In this document: in pieces, positions 29,801 through 36,964 of the stretch
Position numbering within the stretch: position 1 is the stretch's first letter
Layout of the letters: every line of letters begins with the position of its first letter
Source of the DNA: a virus
Lineage: Duplodnaviria; Caudoviricetes
IMG/VR virus record: IMGVR_UViG_3300037470_000309
Coordinates: 1 to 60,423 of that record
Direction: 5' to 3' (one strand)
Length of the DNA stretch: 60,423 bases
Notes under the pieces: model-generated
Database searches by the model: none
The model's input: only the letters and a program-made list of their open reading frames with translations
What the model was told of the DNA's origin: nothing
Position numbers and translations under genes: made by a program

Positions 29801-32049
29801 CCAAGGTCCTGCAGTCCGTCTTGACCGGCGAGGAAATCCCGACCGGCGAGATGGCGAAGCTGTCCGCCCCGATCCGCCAGGCCATCGACGATCTCGGCGC
29901 CGAAGCCGTTTCTCTCGGTCTCGTTTCCCCGGAATCCTACAACCGCAACCGCGGCACCTATCTGCATCGCGTCTACATGAAGCACGAAGGCGACCAACCC
30001 GCATTGTCGCGATGGTTCACCAGCTTCATGACCAAGAAGCGGAAGAGGATACAGGGCGACGCGCTGAAGGGCCGCGGCATGTTCCTCGAAGTGCCTATTG
30101 ATCGAGCCATGCAGGACGTGTCCGAGTTCCGCGAAGGCCGCAGGGGCGCGCCGGTCAAGGGCGAGAAATTCACCGTCCTCGACAAATATGCCGACCAAGG
30201 CACGTTGGAGATCGTGGAACCGGCCACCCCGAAGATCGAGCGGCGCATCTACTGGCCGGCGGACAAGGCGATCCCGGACCGCTACAGCGACTTCGCCGAT
30301 CAGGGGACGTGGGAAGTAAGGGCTACCGCAAAGGGCAAGATCACGCTCTGGCGCGACTTCACCAAGCCGGAACGGACCCGCATGGGCGAAATCCTCGACG
30401 CCCGCTACACCATCGGCAAGACCTTCATGCTGATGGCGCAGGATCTCTCGACGGGCCGGTTCTACCGCGACATCGCGCAGAATTCGACGTGGACCCGCAC
30501 CGCGACCCCAAACGGCAAATGGGCCAATCCGACCGAATACCGCCGGCTGTGGCAGGACGACTCGGTCGAATGGGTCAAGGTGCCCGATACCGACATCCCC
30601 AATACCGGCGGCAAGAAGCGCTGGGGCGCGCTGGCGGGCAAATTCGTGCGGGCGGAAATCTGGCGTGACCTCAACGAGGCCGACATCCTGTCGAAGCCCA
30701 ACCTGTGGACGCAGCTGCTGACGCAGTGGAAGCTCAACAAGACCGCCCGCTCCCCGGTCGTGCACATGAACAACGTCATGTCGAACATGGTGTTCATGGA
30801 CCTCGCCGACGTGCGGCTGCAGGACCTTGTGCGCGGCATCCGCGCCTATGTGAACGAGACGGCGGACTTCAAAGAGGCGCAGGAGAACGGCGCGTTCGGC
30901 TCCGACATCATCAGCCAGGAGATCCGGCGCAACGTGCTGCAGCCCATCCTCGAGGATTTGCAGCGGCAGGTATCCGCAGGCAACCCGGTGCTGGCGAAGT
31001 TCGGCGCCCTGGGTAAGGTGGCCGATGCGATCTGGCGCACCGGCAAGGCCGCCGATCGCAAGATGGTCGAGATGTACCGCATGGAGGATGAAATCTTCCG
31101 GATGGCGATGTACATGCGCCGCCGCTCGCTCGGAGACAATGCGGAGAACGCCGCTTCGGAAGCCCTGCAGCAGTTCCTCAATTACGACATCAAGGCGCCG
31201 TGGGTGAACGCCGCCCGCCGGACCGCGCTGCCCTTCATCGCCTACACCTATCGCGCCGTCCCGGTCATCGCCCGCTCGATCGCGACGCGGCCGTGGAAGC
31301 TCGCCAAGTATTTCCTGATCGCGCAGGCGGCGAGCTACATGGCCTACATGATGGCGCCGGGCGACGAGGACGAGGAACGAAGGTCAATGCGCGAAGAGGA
31401 GCGGGGCTACACCTGGATCGGGGTCGAGCGGATGCAGCGCATGCCCTACCGGGATACGCACGGCAACCCGGTCTTCCTCGACATCCGCAGGTGGATACCG
31501 GCCGGCGACGTGTTCGATCTCAGCCAGGGTCACGGCGCGTTTTCCATCCCCGCCCCGATCCAGTTCGGCGGGCCGCTGATGCTGGCGGCCGAGCTCGCGC
31601 TCAACAAGTCGGCCTTCACCGGGGAGCCGATCACCAACGAGATGACCGACACCGGAGCCGACAAGGCCGGCAAGATCGCCGACTGGGCGTGGAAGTCATG
31701 GATGCCGTCGGCGGCGTGGATCCCGGGCTCGTGGTACTGGGAGAAGATCGGGCTCGCGCTCGACGGCGCGACCGATCCGAAGGGAAGGCCATACCCGGTC
31801 CCGGAAGCCGTGGCATCCTCCTTCGGCGTGAAGCTGAAACCGCAGGACGTGGAGTCCAACCTCGACTGGCGCGCCTACGAGTTCGACAAGGCCAGGCGCG
31901 CATTGAGGGCCGAGGAGCGCCGGATCGCCCGGCAGCGGGACCGGAACATTGTGTCGGAGGAGGCGTTCCGCGAGGCGATCGACAGCATCGAGACGAAGCG
32001 CCGGCGCCTGCAGGAGCGCGAGGAGGAAGTCTTCCCCCCTACGCGGTAA
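23851..32049 (+). CDS. Giant polyvalent ejection protein (gp16 position) with ParB-like, Acb1-like 2H and zincin-like domains
   Basis: 2732 aa; DGHHRVAAA, HVT/HIT pair, IEEIQSDWHQ block, RHEAIH (HExxH), LPD38-like C-terminus. Confidence 0.8.
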   Translation: MATVLTFGENDAPVFGADDAFAFGARDIPAFGADDAPAFPDGEPADLPAAVRAGVAGDAVPVAPAASQEDSWAALGRKVIENAPTMFKQAAGGALQAIAETPPSPPPGIEPTDPMWQGVVSAHRERIGKGGPDETGRKIYEEATADLKANAPKVDPESLKGYAYDIAQGIVQMGPAITAAIAARSPAPAVGIIATQVGGHRYGESRAEGRTPEQAATDAVFYAAAEAIPESVPLGILMKPGGKFLSRVLKVGGAEGVQEMFTEALQTGYDAGALGEEMTWGEAVDQIRRAGIVGVGVGGGIAVVTQPFDRGAQPTEPPPDAQEGPTAPAPGTAPVREDMAAAETDFGQDDSPAFPEGAVPAETVIGQEAEPGQDVGGYVEGEKYSGHVSDVTALDPKTLRVRDAGEVREVSDEVARNMDFSEPVEITLFADGTRIINDGHHRVAAAKRLGMKSIPVRLIGVNARAPAINAAVDESRALSAEQPDAPILTDMAEPAEEITPQAPETVAQEPVGAPEEISPALRSPELINRPKSDVAAAPEQASPAQPAETQAVSETARAADTTSPETTHARLAKPVLASTVSLTPDAIAKAHGIETREASRLLQEMAKRGEIRAVSSTTAYDNLVKRRGQIEGSTSIKPAAKKRVLAKIDEQIAQVGGKVRYRRPQKRGPLTLSQFVASKGGIRDEGGELSAMDLGNRTMIPGFGPLVRSKGRQLDYAREAAVEVGYLPEGSTVADFLDAIRRDTSGKDARGKVFSQADESEVAGRIETAESEAEQARESNARAEIAAAVKSIGMVPADETGAVARVMAGEDSLDVVADIWERAALQSESDARDEIEDTARREGEEAPPLGERSAPEREEETRAADAGRTGRQAGRADEEAGRGEGVKPLYANRPVTNAADIVAWAKAQGFKQTLRPEDMHVTVAFSREPVEWEAVGETAKQIGSAPGGARAVEKLGDEGAVVLRFENGQLKKRWQLYRNAGASWDFEGYKPHITITYDAGDLDLSKVEPYNGPIRLGPEQQEDLDTDATSKVDEVPTGAQPVTTEQTPQGEQAVIPGTERSARQAQAAREAEGRGRIRSRTEQKDADEGLFAEKRDDETPLFQRSETAPEPPFFSALTRAVEAMKLPKAPARQWLGSIRNAAGVKAEEIEWSGVAEWLDAQTGAVSKEDLLAFLRENEVRVEEVVKGGAVRPRLTQEELQRLQDFYDYMRNGERLGAADLREFRRLEALQEQDAAEVVETKFASHTLPGGENYRELLLTLPSDSAAAEEARAARIEELQARRDRVLARDGPGRDVTLGNIDMQISMVRRETESRADFRAGHFDEPNVLAHIRFNERTDADGSRVLFIEEIQSDWHQKGRKQGYRDEAAVRRAQQARERANSAARALREAEEAIREFRPSPTMSRIDGANARARLDRERQRLEQEWRQASQDLDEIDRTTDTGGVPDAPFKSSWHEIAFKRALRWAAENGFDRIAWTTGEQQAERYDLSKKVSYLRYKKNPDGTFHLKAKTIEGRDLTLGENIPEAQLPDHIGKDIADKIARGERSNHPGQQWSDLYSPDLKVGGEGMKGFYDRILPRFANKYAKKWGAKVGTVNIAGERPGLWRSGDTREAARQRQSMTEVHALPITPEMRESVTAGQPLFKTEEQVSGAGRVRTRYHFADEFAGRREAVSREIRKLLDGMGLHDVGLRIADRITASVDRGPEWDAEGRYFHGVIDLALAGKDTPRAARHEAIHAMRELGLFTEPEWKLLSQASEKMWREQYGIDSLYEGFPEWVKTEEGIAHAYSDWRAGDLRIGGLIRRAFAKVRKFLEALANALRGQGFQTVDDVFARVEGGEAGTRERRRTGRRGTERFSLTPDTPDSAENRQTAGQGMIARGQPLDRAMRLPFDWFGGVNEKGEWKPGLKLFDKAETAFKTARFPDRAPFGWTNTLLENARRGLIDRYGLDPEYVKRERKLDLDKREIAEKGAEIIQSLAKSNIGAEEAKVLQSVLTGEEIPTGEMAKLSAPIRQAIDDLGAEAVSLGLVSPESYNRNRGTYLHRVYMKHEGDQPALSRWFTSFMTKKRKRIQGDALKGRGMFLEVPIDRAMQDVSEFREGRRGAPVKGEKFTVLDKYADQGTLEIVEPATPKIERRIYWPADKAIPDRYSDFADQGTWEVRATAKGKITLWRDFTKPERTRMGEILDARYTIGKTFMLMAQDLSTGRFYRDIAQNSTWTRTATPNGKWANPTEYRRLWQDDSVEWVKVPDTDIPNTGGKKRWGALAGKFVRAEIWRDLNEADILSKPNLWTQLLTQWKLNKTARSPVVHMNNVMSNMVFMDLADVRLQDLVRGIRAYVNETADFKEAQENGAFGSDIISQEIRRNVLQPILEDLQRQVSAGNPVLAKFGALGKVADAIWRTGKAADRKMVEMYRMEDEIFRMAMYMRRRSLGDNAENAASEALQQFLNYDIKAPWVNAARRTALPFIAYTYRAVPVIARSIATRPWKLAKYFLIAQAASYMAYMMAPGDEDEERRSMREEERGYTWIGVERMQRMPYRDTHGNPVFLDIRRWIPAGDVFDLSQGHGAFSIPAPIQFGGPLMLAAELALNKSAFTGEPITNEMTDTGADKAGKIADWAWKSWMPSAAWIPGSWYWEKIGLALDGATDPKGRPYPVPEAVASSFGVKLKPQDVESNLDWRAYEFDKARRALRAEERRIARQRDRNIVSEEAFREAIDSIETKRRRLQEREEEVFPPTR

Positions 32050-32236
32050 AATACGCGACGCCGCACAGCACGGCGACGATCAGCCCGGCATAGCTCCCGA
32101 GCGCCGGGTTTATGCCGAGAAACCACGAGACCTTGTAGCCGGTTATCATGCCGGAGACCACGAGACCGCTCCCCATCATGGTGAGGGCGAGAACCCGCCA
32201 CGGGTCGGCGGTCAGGGCGGTGAGGGCTTCGATCAT
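32039..32236 (-). CDS. Small two-TM membrane protein (moron)
   Basis: MIEALTALTADPWRVLAL...; coupled to the lipoprotein gene. Confidence 0.55.
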   Translation of the reverse strand: MIEALTALTADPWRVLALTMMGSGLVVSGMITGYKVSWFLGINPALGSYAGLIVAVLCGVAYFTA

Positions 32237-32457
32237 TCGGCGTGCTGGACGCGGATGTAGCCCTGCTCCTTGAAGTCCTTGATGCACTGGGCCTCTCGCA
32301 TGGCGATGCCCTGCATTCTGAATTCTCCACCAGATAGCCCGGTATAGAACGGGCCGCAGGTGGCCGTCTGTCCGGTCGAGACGTTGCGCATCGTGACGGG
32401 CGTGGTCTGGCAGGCCGCCAGCATCAGGCCAAGCAGGCATACGACAGTCCGCGTCAT
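32233..32457 (-). CDS. Small lipoprotein (moron)
   Basis: RBS GGAGG; lipobox LAAC; two further Cys. Confidence 0.7.
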   Translation of the reverse strand: MTRTVVCLLGLMLAACQTTPVTMRNVSTGQTATCGPFYTGLSGGEFRMQGIAMREAQCIKDFKEQGYIRVQHAE

Positions 32458-32525
32458 CGTCACCTCCCTCGGTTGCGGAAAGCATAGGCCGGATCGCCGG
32501 CCTTTTCCATATGGAGAAATTCTGA

Positions 32526-33878
32526 ATGGCATCGCTTTTCATCGTACCCGCCGAGCAGGTGTTCGACGCCAACGGCGACCCGATTTCCGGGGCGAAGCTG
32601 AACGCCTATGAAAGCGGGACGCTGACCAGAAAGGACACCTTCTCCGATTCCGGGCTGACGACGGCGAACGCCAACCCGGTTGTCGCCGATGCAGACGGCC
32701 GGTTCATCCCGATCTACATCGAGAGCGGCGATTACCGTTTCGTCCTCACCGACGCCGCCGATGTGGAGATATGGGACGCCGATCCGGTCTCCGGCTCGGC
32801 CGGGGCATCCGGCGCCGTCGAGGATGTCAGCGCCTCGCAGAACGTCGAGATCGACGATGCCACGAAGGTGTTCGCGGTGGACGCCTCGGGCGGTGCGGTC
32901 ACGATCACGCTGCTTGCCGCGGCTACTGCCGGGGATGGATTCGAGATCACGGTCAAGAAGACCGACACCTCCGTTAACCTGGTCACCATCGACGGCAACG
33001 GGGCGGAGACCATCGACGGGGCGACGACGCTTGTTCTGTCGGCCAAGGATCAGTCCGTTACGCTGCGTTGCGATGCGGGCGAATGGCATGTGGTTTCGTC
33101 CTATGCGATGTCGGCCGGCATCGTGACGTGGCGAAAGGGCGCCGATATCGCCTCCGCCTCTCCCTTGGTGCTGGGAACGGATGGCAACTATTTCGACGTT
33201 ACCGGCACCACGGGGTTCTCCGCCATCACGGTCGCAGCCGGAACATTGTTCATGCTGCAATTCGACGCCGCGCTTACCCTGACACATGGTGCCTCCCTCG
33301 ATCTTCCCGGAGAAGCCAATATCACGACGGCGGCGGGGGACCGGCTGATCGGGTTCGCCGAAGCGGCAAACACCGTGCAGGTGCTGAGCTATTTCAGGGC
33401 GGATGGACAACCGCTGGCTACGAAGTCAGGAGGCGTCGTCCAGGTCGTCAACACCCAAGACGGCGCGGTGGCGACGGGCACCACGGCCCTTCCCGCCGAT
33501 GACACAATCCCGCAGAACGATGAGGGCGATGAGTACCTGGAACTCGCCATCACGCCGACCGATGCCGGCAACACCCTCCTGATCGACGTTGTGCTGTGTT
33601 ACACACACAGCGTCGATACAGCCATCGCTGTGGCGCTGTTTCAAGACGCCACCGCTGCCGCTCTTGCCGCGGTCGCTAACAATCTAGGTGCGGCGGGCGC
33701 GGCGGAAGTCGCCGCATTTCGGCACACCATGACCGCCGGCACAACCTCGGAGACGACATTCAAGGTCCGCGCCGGTGGAAACACGGGATCGACAATGACG
33801 GTCAACGGCGCCAGCAGCGCCCGGCTGTACGGCGGCGTCATCGCCTCGTCTATCACCATCACGGAGATTGCGGCATGA
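32526..33878 (+). CDS. Tail fibre/tailspike-position protein
   Basis: N-terminal DANGDPISGAKL...NPVVADADGRF attachment-type domain; C-terminal VVQVV...SITITEIAA. Confidence 0.8.
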   Translation: MASLFIVPAEQVFDANGDPISGAKLNAYESGTLTRKDTFSDSGLTTANANPVVADADGRFIPIYIESGDYRFVLTDAADVEIWDADPVSGSAGASGAVEDVSASQNVEIDDATKVFAVDASGGAVTITLLAAATAGDGFEITVKKTDTSVNLVTIDGNGAETIDGATTLVLSAKDQSVTLRCDAGEWHVVSSYAMSAGIVTWRKGADIASASPLVLGTDGNYFDVTGTTGFSAITVAAGTLFMLQFDAALTLTHGASLDLPGEANITTAAGDRLIGFAEAANTVQVLSYFRADGQPLATKSGGVVQVVNTQDGAVATGTTALPADDTIPQNDEGDEYLELAITPTDAGNTLLIDVVLCYTHSVDTAIAVALFQDATAAALAAVANNLGAAGAAEVAAFRHTMTAGTTSETTFKVRAGGNTGSTMTVNGASSARLYGGVIASSITITEIAA

Positions 33879-34096
33879 TCTGGTACGTCCACCGTAGAGG
33901 CGACGGCTCCATTGCTTCTGCCCATTCGGAACTCCGCCCCGGCTATGCCGAGGAAGAAGTCGCGGATACCGATCCGGAGCTGGCGACGATCCTCAACCCG
34001 CCGAAACCGGAAAAGCCGCTCACCGCCGAGGAGCTGTACGACATGCTGCTCCCGGACATGCCGCAGATCGAAGCGCGCCGGCCGCGAAGGTCCTAG
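33875..34096 (+). CDS. Small protein, possible fibre chaperone
   Basis: ATGA overlap with the fibre gene. Confidence 0.5.
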   Translation: MIWYVHRRGDGSIASAHSELRPGYAEEEVADTDPELATILNPPKPEKPLTAEELYDMLLPDMPQIEARRPRRS

Positions 34097-34266
34097 CTAC
34101 TCTCCCATCCGATCATCTGCGCGCCTTCCGGAATCTTCGTGCAGGCTGCGGCGATGATGCGCTCGCGATGCGGTGGGTGCGATAGCATCTCGGGATCATC
34201 GAGCGGCAGCGTCACCGATCCTTCGCGGCCGTCGAGCAGAAAGCGAATCGTGATTGTTTCGCGCAT
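34093..34266 (-). CDS. Hypothetical protein (57 aa)
   Basis: RBS GGAGGGG; MRETITIRFLLDGREG... Confidence 0.5.
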   Translation of the reverse strand: MRETITIRFLLDGREGSVTLPLDDPEMLSHPPHRERIIAAACTKIPEGAQMIGWESS

Positions 34267-34304
34267 ATCTCCCCTCCGCTAAAGCCTGCACTCTACCACG
34301 CGCC

Positions 34305-34448
34305 CTAAAGCACCGCCCACAGGACCAGCGCCCCGACTCCGATCCCGGCCGCAAAGGCGACAAGCGAATTGGAGAGCCAGGACACGGCGACGATCACCCC
34401 GATCGCCGTCATGACCGCCTTCTCGAAAACCCGGTCAATCAAAGCCAT
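34305..34448 (-). CDS. Small membrane protein (47 aa)
   Basis: MALIDRVFEKAVMTAIGVIVAV...; strongly hydrophobic. Confidence 0.4.
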   Translation of the reverse strand: MALIDRVFEKAVMTAIGVIVAVSWLSNSLVAFAAGIGVGALVLWAVL

Positions 34449-34510
34449 GCCCGATTGCAACCCGACACGCGGAGGTTGTCAATGTTGAAATCCGCCGCCC
34501 GGAGGTAATC

Positions 34511-34818
34511 ATGAAGCGCTTCCCTTTTTCATAATCGCCCTCGCGGGCGTCATCCTCGCTTTGTTCCTGACCGAGCCGGCGCGGGGGCAGGCTATCTGCG
34601 GCGAGCGGGACGAAATCATCGCCAATCTCGACCGCGAATACGGCGAGCGGCTGGTGGCGCACGGCATCGTTGACCAACAGAACGTGCTCGAACGCTTCGA
34701 ATCGCGGGACGGCACGACATGGACGCTATTGCTGACCGGGACGGACGGATGGTCCTGTCCAATCGCCGCCGGGGAGGCGTGGCAGCCCGTCATGCCGGTT
34801 GTCGGCGAGCCGTCGTGA
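34511..34818 (+). other. Exported small protein gene split by a -1 frame change near 34522-34529
   Basis: GGAGGT RBS and ATG 34511 stop at TAA 34532; the -1 frame gives a signal peptide plus CGERDEIIANL...TWTLLLT...SC domain. Confidence 0.6.
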
Positions 34819-35108
34819 TGCTGGCGCACAAGATGGTCGATCTCCCGGAGCCGAGCGCGTCGGCCGTGGTGACGATCCGCGCCGACATAGAGCCGGTCGG
34901 GATGAACAAGGGCGTGGTGTTCTGGGTAAAGCGGAGACGTACCCATATCGGCCGGATGATCGGCGATTCCATGAATCCGGAGTCGGCCGACGTGTTCATG
35001 GAGGCCGAGGGAGAGACGCTGTATGGCCGCCGGCTGGTGGCCGATCACGGGGAGCGGGTGCTTTGGGGCGAACGGTTTGATCTCGGCAACAGCGGGCTAC
35101 TGAAATGA
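34818..35108 (+). CDS. Hypothetical protein
   Basis: TGATG coupling; MLAHKMVDLP... Confidence 0.5.
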   Translation: MLAHKMVDLPEPSASAVVTIRADIEPVGMNKGVVFWVKRRRTHIGRMIGDSMNPESADVFMEAEGETLYGRRLVADHGERVLWGERFDLGNSGLLK

Positions 35109-35181
35109 AGCTCGTCTGGCTGCTGATCGCGGCCGTCTATGTGCTGATCGCCATGTGGAAAACGGAGAAGGGTCGCGGCCA

Positions 35182-35445
35182 ATGAATGACGTATCGCTCA
35201 GGGAATACATGGAGTCGCAGGTCAGGGCGCTCGACCGGCATGTGGACTTGCAGATCGCCGCCATCAAGGATGCGACGGCGGCGGCGCTGAAAACCATCCC
35301 GACCAAGGAGGATATCGACCGGCGGCTGAACGCGCTGGAAAAGAACCAGTCCTACGCGGCCGGCCGGTCGGCGCTGTTCGGAGCGTTCGGCGGGGTCGCC
35401 GTGTCTCTTCTCGGGCTGATCATCGCCTACATGGTGAAGGGCTGA
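35182..35445 (+). CDS. Coiled-coil plus C-terminal TM protein (holin/XhlA-like candidate)
   Basis: RLNALEK coiled coil followed by a TM helix. Confidence 0.55.
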   Translation: MNDVSLREYMESQVRALDRHVDLQIAAIKDATAAALKTIPTKEDIDRRLNALEKNQSYAAGRSALFGAFGGVAVSLLGLIIAYMVKG

Positions 35446-35681
35446 TGATCACCGTAACCCAGTTGACCGCCGCCCTCGGCCTGATCGGAACCATCGGGGG
35501 AGGGGCTTACTTCCTCGACGCCCGCTACGCCCGTGTGGAGCAGGTGGGGGCGAACTCACAGCAGATCGCGCTGATCCGGATCGAGAACGCCGCGGCCTCG
35601 GGGAACGTCACGCTTCTCCGCAGGCTGTGCGACGATTTCCGGCAGACCCACGGCTGGACACCCTCCGCGTGCAAGCGGTGA
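35445..35681 (+). CDS. N-terminal TM protein
   Basis: TGATG coupling; hydrophobic N-terminus then LDARYA. Confidence 0.55.
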   Translation: MITVTQLTAALGLIGTIGGGAYFLDARYARVEQVGANSQQIALIRIENAAASGNVTLLRRLCDDFRQTHGWTPSACKR

Positions 35682-35723
35682 GGGCTATCGAGCGGCGGGA
35701 GCGGTGAGGGGTGGCCGGGCGCT

Positions 35724-35978
35724 CTACTTGTATTCGTAGCTGTACGATGGCATCCGTTTCTCGATCTCCTTGCGATATATCAACCGTTCGCAGGAGGCGC
35801 ACGTAATGTCAATGACCTCATACAGATCGACGCCATCTATATCGCCCTCGTAATAGCCGGTCTCGACCTCGGTCTTGTGCAATGTGCGGATCATTTCGTC
35901 GGTCCACGGCGCATTGCAGAACGCACAGATCGGCCGCGCACCCTCAGCAAAGCCGTCAACTTTTTCTGTAGCGTCCAT
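35724..35978 (-). CDS. Small Zn-ribbon protein (moron)
   Basis: CAFC...CASC; RBS GAGG; own promoter upstream. Confidence 0.6.
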   Translation of the reverse strand: MDATEKVDGFAEGARPICAFCNAPWTDEMIRTLHKTEVETGYYEGDIDGVDLYEVIDITCASCERLIYRKEIEKRMPSYSYEYK

Positions 35979-36063
35979 ATCGCCTCAGGGGTGAGAACTG
36001 ACCGGGGCCGCTTGCATTGCAGAGGCGGACACCCGGTCTAGAGCAGTCCATTCCAACGTCCCG

Positions 36064-36091
36064 ATTATACCACACCGCTTTGTGAAGGCAA
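36064..36091 (-). promoter_or_regulatory. Sigma70-type promoter for the Zn-ribbon moron
   Basis: Minus strand TTGCCT-16 nt-TATAAT with extended TG. Confidence 0.55.
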
Positions 36092-36160
36092 TCCCATCCG
36101 CCCCTTGCGGGTCCGTCGCCGCTCCGGATGAAGCGGTATAGCAGCATCAGGAGAAGAAGC

Positions 36161-36451
36161 ATGTTGACCGTACTCCACGTACTTCCGAGCAAGCACGAGT
36201 CCCTCATTCAGACGCCGTATGTCGGCGCCGAGCCCGTTTCCGAAAGAAGTGACAACATCAAAAAGGTCTGGATCGAGCGGCCTGATGGCGGACGGCATGC
36301 GCTCGAAAATGGCACCGTTTTCGTCATGAACGATAACGGCAAGACCGTCGCCCGCTACTATCTCGGCGGCTGGGCGGACCCGCAGGACGAAGGCTGCGAA
36401 CTATCCAACGCGGTCCGTAATCAGAATGCCGTACCCGTCCCTACGGCCTGA
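36161..36451 (+). CDS. Hypothetical protein
   Basis: RBS AGGAG; VFVMNDNGKTVARY motif. Confidence 0.6.
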   Translation: MLTVLHVLPSKHESLIQTPYVGAEPVSERSDNIKKVWIERPDGGRHALENGTVFVMNDNGKTVARYYLGGWADPQDEGCELSNAVRNQNAVPVPTA

Positions 36452-36508
36452 TTCTCGCCACCGGGGCCGTCGTCACTGGCGGCCTCGACCCCTGATACGG
36501 AGACTGAC

Positions 36509-36658
36509 ATGGACCCGCTCGTCCTAAAATACCTTGCCGGCGGCGGCGTTCTGCTGCTCGCAACCGTTCTCGTATGGGCCGACAAGATCGACAAGGCGAT
36601 CATGGCAACCCTGCTTCTGGGGGCAGCGGCGGCCGTCGGATTCCAACTCACACCCTGA
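36509..36658 (+). CDS. Two-TM peptide, holin candidate
   Basis: RBS GGAG; 49 aa with two hydrophobic helices. Confidence 0.5.
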   Translation: MDPLVLKYLAGGGVLLLATVLVWADKIDKAIMATLLLGAAAAVGFQLTP

Positions 36659-36678
36659 CCAACCAAAGGAGCTAGGAA

Positions 36679-36930
36679 ATGAAAGCACTTCTCACCGTCA
36701 TCACCGCCGCCCTGCTGCTCGGGGCGTGCTCGTATGTGGACCGCGCCGTCGATTTCACGACCGAATACGGGGCCAAGGGTCTCGCCAACGCCGTCGAGGG
36801 CGAGTGCCGGCGCTCCATGGCGCAGCGGAAACAGGCCTATGCCGTCTATCTCGCCGAACAGGTGAAGGTCGGCACCGGGAAGATGCTTCCCCTCGATTGC
36901 GATAATGACGGCGTGCCCGACACGCTGTAG
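36679..36930 (+). CDS. Lipoprotein
   Basis: RBS AAGGAG; lipobox LGAC. Confidence 0.7.
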   Translation: MKALLTVITAALLLGACSYVDRAVDFTTEYGAKGLANAVEGECRRSMAQRKQAYAVYLAEQVKVGTGKMLPLDCDNDGVPDTL

Positions 36931-36964
36931 GCCCCGCTGCTGAAGTAACACGAAAGGCAGTCCC

